Shown here in pieces: positions 1 through 64,000 of a stretch of 64,000 nt of DNA. A program made the position numbers and the translations under genes. This DNA comes from Octopus sinensis. Its lineage: Eukaryota. The stretch lies in NCBI RefSeq assembly GCF_006345805.1, contig NC_042998.1, positions 68,882,001 through 68,946,000 on the forward strand. Reading direction: 5' to 3'. Every line of letters begins with the position of its first letter. Position 1 is the stretch's first letter. The notes beneath the pieces are model-generated. The model was given only the letters and a program-made list of their open reading frames with translations. It did no database searches and was not told where the DNA came from.

Positions 1-656
1 CACCAAATGCTTTACTGAATCTAGATTTTGTACCATGACTGTTGACAGTTCAAACCCTACCATGGTCAACTTTCACATCCAGCAATAAAATTAAATATCA
101 CAACGGCTGTGTGGTTAAGAAGTTCATTTCACAGTCACAGAGTTCTGGGTTCAATTCCATTCTATAGCACTTTAGGCAAAAGTCCTTATCATAGCTTCAG
201 AAACTGCGTGAAAGGCTAGGTAGGGAACTTGATAAGGACAATTATATACATATGTACTGTGTAACAATGAGAGAATATTACCAATAAACTGATACATTGA
301 ATAAATATATCTTATCATATTTATTCAACCCATCTTGCAAAGACACTTCTTTATTCCTTACTTTCAGCAGCACCACCATCACCATTGTTTAACATCCGCT
401 TCCCATACTGGCATGGGTGGGACGGTTTGACAAGAGCCAGCCAAGCAGTAGCCTGCACCAGACTTCTGTAACTGCTATGGCAAGATTTTTACAGCTGGAT
501 GCCCTTCCTAACACCAGCCTCAGCAGAGTGGACTATCACTCAGCAGTGAATACTAAGAGCCCATTGAAAACCTATAACGAACAATGCTATTGTTCAGAAA
601 ATCCTTGATTTACATGGAAGAGGAGGTGTTAATGAATTACTGCACTTCTGTTAATG

Positions 657-830
657 ATTGGCCCACCATCAGTCAAACTGGTCCACCATCTAGTCAAATT
701 GTTCCATCTTCTAGTCAAACTGGTCCACCATCTAAAACAAGCTGGTCCATTGTCTAGTCAAATTAGCCTATCATGTACACAAATTGGTCCACCATCCAGT
801 GAAACTGGCCAATGGTCTAATCAAATTACT
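657..830 (+). repeat. Degenerate 21-bp minisatellite (AAACTGGTCCACCATCTAGTC), about 8 units
   Basis: Read directly. Confidence 0.8.
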
Positions 831-893
831 CCAATGTCTAATAAAAATTATCAGTTTTGAATAATTCTGCATCCCTTCACATTATTAAAACTA

Positions 894-56225
<55,332 letters not shown>

Positions 56226-56700
56226 TCTTGTTTTCTTTCACCAAACCGAAATTAACTGCTATTTATCCAACATCAATCACTATAACAACATCAAAAAGAA
56301 AAACGTAAACATGTGCGCCGGTTGATAGACCGGAAGCCAGAACTTTAAAGGTACGGACTTCCGGTATTGGGAGTTAACGACCTTGTCACACGCGACTTGG
56401 TATATTTACTAACAAAGAAATTTATTTACCCACAAAGCGCTGGGATTTGCACTTACATAGCATGGACTGCTATGAAAATGAGACTACCATGCACGCATAA
56501 AAAAAAAAACATCTGAAAAGTCATTAGTTGAACTATTAGTCCTCTTGCATTCTGGGGGTGAGGTATCGGACCGTTTGAGTGACATCAGACCCCAACAAAC
56601 ACGCATCGGTCTGGGCCACGATCGTGGCCTGTCGACCTGTGCCTGACGGCCACGATCGTGACCCGTCGCGCTTTATGTGTTAATTATTTTATAGATATAG
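56226..56700 (-). promoter_or_regulatory. Putative POLR3B promoter/5' UTR region with an inverted pair of ETS/GABP-type sites
   Basis: Immediately upstream of the ATG; locally CpG-retaining; ACCGGAAG at 56329-56336 (+) and ACTTCCGGT at 56357-56365 (ACCGGAAGT on -). TSS not determinable from sequence. Confidence 0.55.
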
Positions 56701-56944
56701 ATTAAGACAACGGAAACAGATTTATTGTGGTATTAGAATATATCCTTTATTTGTTTCAAGCACTAAATTGCGGCCGTGCTAGAGCACCGCCCTGGAGAAT
56801 GTTTTTAATAGTATGAATTGACCAAATATTTTTTTTTTATGCCTGGTACTTATCCTTCAATTTTGTCGACCGCTAGTGTTACGGGGACGTAAACACACCA
56901 ACACTAGTTGTCAGGCGGTAGTGGGGACAAACACACATACATCT

Positions 56945-57180
56945 GAACGTACATGCATACGTACATACATACGTACATACATACATACATACATACATAC
57001 ATACATACATACATACATACATACATACATACGTACTACATGCATACATACATACAAGTATACATACATGCATACATACATGCATACATACATGCATGCA
57101 TACATACATACATACATACATATATACATGCATACATACATACATGCATGCATGCATACATACATACATACATACATGCT
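56945..57180. repeat. (TACA)n/(TGCA)n microsatellite; second tract at ~57958-58060
   Basis: Read directly. Confidence 0.95.
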
Positions 57181-58031
57181 GTGTTGTTGATGTTGAAATT
57201 CCAATGAAGGAGCCTCGGATCTAGGTTAGAAACAGGTTCCTTCTCCATTAGCAAGAAATCTTGAAATAACTGAATAATGACATACATCCGAGCGTGGTCG
57301 TTGCCAGGGCTACGGATTGGCACCTGTGCTGGTGGCACATACAAAGCACCATTTGAGCGTGATCGTTGCCAGCGTCGCCTTACCAGCACATGTGCCGGTG
57401 GTATGTGAAAAACAACATTCGAGCGTGATTGTTACCATTGCCGCCGGACTGGCTCCCATCCAGGTAGCACGTAAAGAACACATTTTGAGTGTGGTCGTTG
57501 CCAGAACCGCCTGCCAGGCCCTCGTGCCGGTAGCACATGAAAGCACCCACTACACTCTCAGAGTGGCTGGCGTGAGGAAGGTCATCCAGCTGTAGAAACT
57601 TTGCTAGATCAGAATGAGTCTGGTGCAGCCTCTGGCTCACCAGTCCTCAGTCAAACCGTCCAACCCATGTCAGCATGGAAAGCGGACGTTAAACGATGAT
57701 GATGATGATGATGACACAGCCACAGGATAGATACCAGCCTGTCTGGAGCAAAATATGGCTGAGCTTGAGTTATTGGGGGAAGAATGCAAATCCTTAACTG
57801 ATGCACTACAAATGATCACGATATCTGGGACCATAAAAGTCTGCAACACAATTCTTAAGATCTAAAGTATGATGAACAAAATAAGATGCATTTCTTCACA
57901 ACCTTGCTACCATATAGGTGGCTTATCAAAATTTACTTTAAATTAAAAAGAGGACAACGTACGTACGTACATACATACGTACATATGTACATACGTACAT
58001 ACATACATACATACATACATACATACATACA

Positions 58032-58061
<30 letters not shown>

Positions 58062-58062
<1 letters not shown>

Positions 58063-58530
58063 TGGGTTGTCCGGAAAGTTGGTGCCGATTTATAGCACCT
58101 TACCTTTCGACTTATTTTAGAACATGGTTGAGTCCATAAAATAGGATTTGACTACACATTTATTTAGAACATAGTTTAAGCTATCTTTTCATGAGTTACA
58201 GAATTAGCCTGTGTTAATTCTGTAACCCTTTAAAATGGAAGATAAGAAAGTTCATTTTCGGCATTTGATGCTTTGGGAACCAGACAAAAATTGCTGCAGC
58301 TCGGCTGGGATGTGTTACCCCACCCTCCATATTCACCAGATATTACTCCTTCGGATTTCCACTTGTTCAGGTCTCTGCAGAATAGTCTTAATGGTAAAAA
58401 TTTCAATTCCTTGGATAACGTAAAAAGATACCTTGATGAATTATTTGCCATGAAACCACCTCAACTCTGGGAAGAGAGTATTTTCATTTAAAGAAAGATG
58501 AAGACACACTGGGCAACAAAATGGTCCAAT
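58062..58530 (+). mobile_element. Internally deleted mariner element
   Basis: TA|TTGGGTTGTCCGGAAAG left end; N-terminus MEDKKVHFRHLML fused to C-terminal LGWDVLPHPPYSPDITPSDFHLFRSLQNSL. Confidence 0.85.
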
Positions 58531-59154
58531 TATCATTATTATTATTACTTATTAAGTCGGGGGGCTGGCAAAATTGTTAGCACGCCGAGCAAAGTGCTTA
58601 ACAGTATTCAGCCCGCCTTTGATGTTCTGAATTCAAATTCTGCCGAGGTCGACTTAGTGTTTCTTCATTTCGGTGTCGACATATTAAGTACAGTGAAACC
58701 CAGGGGTAGATGTAATTGACTAGTCCCCTCACCATAAATCTCTGGCCTTTAGTAGAAATGATTTTTTTTTCTTATTAATTCACTGATTGCAGACGGTCTG
58801 TTTTTTACTGTTCTTTTTCGCGCAAATATCGGCCTTATGAATTTCTCTACACCATGCATTTTACTTGTTTCTAATATTGGACTGAGAATATATTGGAACA
58901 CCGCTTTGAAAAAGACCATCAGTGCTTATTTCAGTGTGATACCTATTTATCGATTTCTTTTTGTCGAACCATTATACCCAGGTTGACTTTTCAAAACGTT
59001 TATCTCTGCAAAGAAATTCGTCAAGCATATCAGAAGTAAAATCGACAAAAACCAAGAAATAGATCCTAAGGGAAGTAACAGCTGTTGACTTAATGATCCC
59101 TGCTCAAACGACGAGTTATCTCCCTTGTTTTTTAATATTTTTGTTGCAAAAGCG

Positions 59155-59365
59155 ATGAGCTGGCAGAAACGTTAGCACGACGGGCGAAATGCTTAGCAGT
59201 ATTTCGTCTGCCGCTACGTTCTGAGTTCAAATTCCGCCGACCTCGACTTTGCCTTTCATCTTTTCGGAGTCGATAGATTAAGTACCAGTTGCGTACTGGG
59301 GTCGATCTAATCGACTGGATCTTCCCCCAAAATTTCGGGCCTTGTGCCTTTAATAGAAAAGAATA
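59155..59365 (+). mobile_element. tRNA-derived SINE (family A); further copies ~7740-7950(-), 27850-28030(-), 30050-30250(-), 30520-30700(+), 38960-39240(-), 46590-46760(+), 58560-58760(+), 61225-61570(+)
   Basis: Recurrent GAGCTGGCAGAAACGTTAGCAC...GAGTTCAAATTCCGCCGAGGTCGACTTTGCCTTTCATCC...GGGGTCGAT. Confidence 0.85.
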
Positions 59366-60586
59366 TTTGTGTAGCTTTTCTATTTAGTCTTTTAGTTTGG
59401 ATGGCCCTCGAGGCCTTTACGAGGGATGTAGGAAGTTACATTCTAACTAGCGACTTGGTTCGAATGCTCGAGGTACCACAGATTAGGGGGCAAGGAAACC
59501 CGAATGATGGATTATGTCTAAAAGGTCATACCACGATTTGAACTTAGAACGCATAGAACACACACAAATACGACAAAACAACCGTCAGCTGATGTTTTCA
59601 CAGTCCCAACCAATCTACCACTATGGATAAGCTTATTTTTTTTAACTTTATTCTCTACGCCAAAAAATTGGGAAGAAATTTAGTCTTCGATAGAATTTGA
59701 TTTCAGAGAGTCAGGACAAATGATACGAAGTATTCCATGCTTAGGCTCTAACCACCGGTAAATTAATAGTCTTTTGTCCAAAAGAAGGGTTTCATATTTT
59801 CAGATTGCAAATTTGCATGTATAAAATGACAGTTTGTGGTACAAAACCCAAATTGATAAATTTGCATTATTTCGGTTTGTAATCATAAATTGAAAGGGAC
59901 AATATGAACACTTTGACAATATCCAGCGAGTCCAACAGCTAGCTACTTATCACACATTTCATCGGATTTAGTAACAACAAAACTCAGTTTTTCAGATTTT
60001 TAATTTTCCCGCAACTCTATCTAAATTTTTCACCATTTTTTTTTTCTCACTTCGTCTACACACTTAATGATTCAGAGATTACGTTTTTCAAAGAAGTTTT
60101 GTATTTTGCTTTTGTTATTACTGTCTTTGAAATTCCAAACCTAAAAAAATTTCAATAACTCTTTATGAAAAAGGTGAATGGCATTTCTTTAATAAAACAG
60201 CTTTTACTAGATTTTATCGAAAGACCTCTTTATCTTGTGGAACACTACTATTGTTCCGCGAAACTCCAAGCAATCTTGATGTAAAGGCTCGTCTGTTTTG
60301 CAATTTGCTTCTGAAATTTCCTTGAACGTTCAAAGATTATCAAATCTTTCCTGTTAATATATTGTTTTGGTGCATAATTACTGCGGCTTCTTTTCAACAA
60401 ATTTTATTCAACAAAAACAACAATATTTCACAAAAACATCTTTAAATGACGGTCTGACCGTCTGCCAAGCAAATGGGAAGCAGTAATTGAAGTAGATGGT
60501 GAATATGCTCCGGAATAATCATTTAAAGAAGTTTTTGTTATATATTGTAAGTTGGCTTTTCAGAGTATTTATTTATAAACAAAAAT

Positions 60587-61065
60587 CATACGTCAGCAAG
60601 AATATCAAATATTGGTTTCGTGGGAGGGGGAAAGTTGATTATATCGACCCCAGTACTCAACTGGTACTTATTTTATCGATCCCGAAATGATTAAAGGCAA
60701 GGTGATGTTGGAAGTCAGAGCATAAAGACAGACGAAATGTCGTTAAGTATTTTGGCCGGCGAGCAAACGATTCTGCTGACTTGCCGCTTTAGGAACATCA
60801 AATATTAATTCAATTTACGGAGATGTACTTGCATAGCAAGTGACTTGATCTGGGATCGTGTGCTGAAACAAAAGCAATTGCAGCGTGGAATATATTTGCA
60901 AGCCATTCAAGAACACACAAAAACTGCTAGTTTCATTTCAACATTTAAACTTCATTTGTATCAAACAAATATTTAGACTTGGGTAACGTCCCTAAACTCT
61001 CATGTCGATACAATCAACTTGCCCCCTCCCGCGAAACCAATATTTGATATTCCTGCTGATGTATG
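60587..61065. mobile_element. Element with ~55-bp inverted ends enclosing a SINE fragment
   Basis: CATACGTCAGCAAGAATATCAAATATTGGTTTCGTGGGAGGGGG mirrored at 61012-61065. Confidence 0.65.
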
Positions 61066-62622
61066 TTCCTGTCCCCTGACAAAATTGCTGCCGTAATTCA
61101 ATTGAGAAATACATATAAGGGAGATAACAGGTGTTGGCTTATTGTCACTTAAATAGGAGTTACTTCCCCATACACCATACTGCTAAAATTCATCAATGTT
61201 ATATATTCTTTAGCCGATGTGCTTGGCTGCGAGCTGACAGAAACGTTAAGCACGCCGGGCGAAATGCGTAGCCTTATTTCGTCTGCCACTACGTTCTGAG
61301 TTCAAATTCCACCGAGGTCGACTTTGCCTTTCATCCTTTCGGGGTCGATTAAATAAGTACCAGTTACGCACTGGAGTCGATATAATCGACTTAATCCGTT
61401 TGTTCTCTCTGTGTTTAGCCCCTTGTGTGTAGTAAAGAAATAGGTATTTTGTCTGCCGCTACGTTCTGAGTTCATATTCCGCCAAATTCCGAAAATTAAG
61501 TACCAGTTGCGTACTGGGGTCGATTTAATCGACTGGTCCCTTCCCCAAAATCTCGGGGCTTGTTCCTAGAGTAGAAACGGATATTCTTGGGACTTCAAGG
61601 GTTTCGGATTTCGAAATGAGTGTATATTTGACTATGAAATGAGAGTTCAAGGGCGTTGCCCAAGTCTAAAATCGCTTTTTTTTTTGTTTTGTTTTGTTTT
61701 CTTAAAAGAATTTATAATGGTACTGTAGAATAGTTTCGTAATAGCTAACACTTCCGCATAGGAAAAGAAAACGGACATTGAATGCGAGGGTGGCGATGTA
61801 AAAATATTTTAATTTTTCATAACAAAGTTTTGCACAATCATAACTCACATTGCATGAAACACATGAATATTTTCAAACGATGGAAACAATAAATTCTTTT
61901 TCTCTTTTCCTTCTCCATAAAGTAGTAATTACTTTTCCGAAAATCCGAGGCCCTTTTACAGAAATCAGGCGCCAACCCAGTTACAAACATGTGAGTCTCT
62001 CAAAGCACATCCGTAATTTTCATTTTCGTCCAACCCGGACAGGATGACGTTACTTCACAGCAACTGATGTTTCTCCACGTAGCTAGCAACATCTGTGTGT
62101 TTCCTGGGAATTTTCCAAGTGCTTTCTGGAATTTTCCATTTGTATCACCTCTCTATGTTTCAGATAAAGAATTATCAGCTGTTATGATTTATAGCAGAGG
62201 CACAATGTCAAAGCTGTTGGTGAAGAGTAGAGCCAGTCCTATCAACTCCACTCTTTGACTAACTAGGATTTATATTACAGACATTGGAAAGATGACTGCG
62301 TGTGTGTGTGTGTGTGACTTCTAGGATTTCGGAAACTCTCCATCCGATTGCGCTCAAATTTGATTTGTAGATACCAACGGTATCAGGGCGTGTATAAGTC
62401 TTGAAAAAATTACAAAAATCGATTCCAGGTGGGAACGCGATCGATAAAGCAGTGGGAAATCATTTTTCTTAGGAAAATCGTTTTGCTGGTGTCTCAAATT
62501 TAGGTTAAATCAGTTGTTTCTCAAAGGGGAGGCCTATGGGACGGTCGGACAAGTTGTTTTGATAAAATTTGGTTTAAATGTTTGACCACTAAGTACCGTC
62601 CATTGGACGGTGGGGCGTTTTA

Positions 62623-62662
<40 letters not shown>

Positions 62663-62919
62663 CAGGGTACAATGGGAAAAGTGTCACTATTTTATATTTT
62701 TATTTCGAGCATGTACTGAGAAGAGCATTATCGCTGTGAAAACAACATCCATTCATGAATTTATTTATTTATTTTTTTTTTTAAATACATATTTTACCTG
62801 TGAATTTGCGTGTGTAATCTGAGAATGCATACAATGAGCTTCTCTGGCCTAGGTGTACGGAAAACACTCGGCCAGAAATGGAAGAAAATTTGAAGAAAGA
62901 AGGAAAAAAAACAATATGA

Positions 62920-63040
62920 ATAATAATAACATCGAAAAATACCCCAAGACACCTAATGAAGGCTGGAGGGTATATCAGCCAAAAGGTTGTGTTAACAACA
63001 AACAAGATGAGGACAAATATCTGTCGAATGTAAATAATAT
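62920..63040 (+). mobile_element. Decayed tail-only copy of the tRNA/hammerhead element
   Basis: AAGACACCTAATGAAGGCTGGAGGGTATATCAGCCAAAAGGTTGTGTT; core mutated. Confidence 0.7.
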
Positions 63041-63236
63041 ATATCAAGTAATGATGTATATATATAATCAAATTCGATGACAGCACCGCATGACTGGCAT
63101 CTGTGCTAGTGGAGCGCTAAGAGCACCATCCAAGCGTGATCGTTGGCAAGGCCGCTGACTAGTTCCCATGCCGGTGGCATGTAAAAAGCATCATTCGAGC
63201 ATGATCGTTACCAGCGTCGCCTTACTAGCACTTGTG

Positions 63237-63572
63237 TGAGGGCGCGTGGCTTAGTGGTTAGGGCATTCGGCTCATGATCGTAAGGTTGTGAGTTCGATTC
63301 CCGGCGACGCGTTGTGTCCTTGAGCAAGACACTTTATTTCACGTTGCTCCAGTCCACTCAGCTGGCAAAAATGAGTTGTACTTGTATTTCAAAGGGTCAG
63401 CCTTGTCACTCTCTGTGTCACGCTGATTATCCCGAGAACTACGTTAAGGGTACACGTGTCTGTGGAATGCTCAGCCATTTGCACGTTAATTTCACGAGCA
63501 AGCTGTTCCGTTGATCGTATCAGCTGGGACCCTCGTCGTCGTAACCGGCGGAGTCTTTTTTTTTTTAACTGT
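63237..63572 (+). mobile_element. tRNA-derived SINE with MetaSINE-like middle and family-C tail, 8-bp TSD CACTTGTG
   Basis: TGGCTTAGTGG, GAGTTCGATTCC, GTGTCCTTGAGCAAGACACTTTA; TSD at 63229-63236 and 63573-63580. Confidence 0.85.
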
Positions 63573-64000
63573 CACTTGTGCCGGTGGTACGTGAAAAACA
63601 ACATTCGAGCGAGGGCGTTGCCAGTGCCGCTGGACTGGCTCCTGTGCAAATGACATGTAAAACACCATTTGCCAGTACCGTCTGACTGGCCCTCGTGCCT
63701 GTGACACGTAAAAGCACCACTACACTCTCGGAGCGGTTGGCTGTAGAAACTTTACCAAATCAGATTAGAGCCTGGTGTAGCCTTCTGGCTTTCCAAGTCC
63801 TCAGTCAAACTGTCCAACTCATGCCAGTATGGAATGTGGACGTTAAACGATGATGATGATGATATGGGTCTTTCACACTTTAACCCTCACCTGCTAACAT
63901 AAAGCTCCTCCCATCAGGTCCTGGGGTCAATTTCTTCAACTAAGGCGGCGCTCGAGCATGACCGCTCTGAAACAACTGAAAGGAATGAAAGAATGTAAGA

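Noticed and set aside
57745-57870. Short frame LELLGEECKSLTDALQMITISGTIKVCNTILKI* resembling an RLE-LINE C-terminus
   Set aside because: Too short and divergent to support a call.

Overview
AT-rich, repeat-dense eukaryotic genomic DNA. The repeat landscape looks like an octopod cephalopod (Octopus); this is inferred from recalled repeat families, not from a search. One protein-coding gene dominates: POLR3B (RPC2, second-largest subunit of RNA polymerase III) on the minus strand. I reconstructed 20 coding exons from the ATG (56225) down to 941. They total 2290 nt (763 codons plus 1 nt), every junction is GT-AG and phase-consistent, and the gene continues beyond position 1. The promoter region lies around 56230-56700. 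The introns hold several tRNA-derived SINE families with swapped modules, about 35-40 copies of an RTE-tailed element with an internal ~65-bp VNTR, decayed LINE fragments (CR1/L2, RTE, Tx1, R4/Dong), DNA transposon relics and MITEs (mariner, Tc1, piggyBac, hAT), long microsatellites and many long foldbacks. The most striking observation is a dispersed palindromic element with six remnants in 64 kb. Each arm, read outward from the centre, is a tRNA-like Pol III promoter, a (TAA)n linker and a Penelope-type minimal hammerhead ribozyme, and remnant termini resemble TA|CAGT transposon ends. A second, unrelated hammerhead-like motif, a candidate poison exon in POLR3B intron 1 and a cluster of long hairpins around exon 7 also deserve follow-up. 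Nearly all long ORFs in the supplied track are microsatellite or repeat artefacts.
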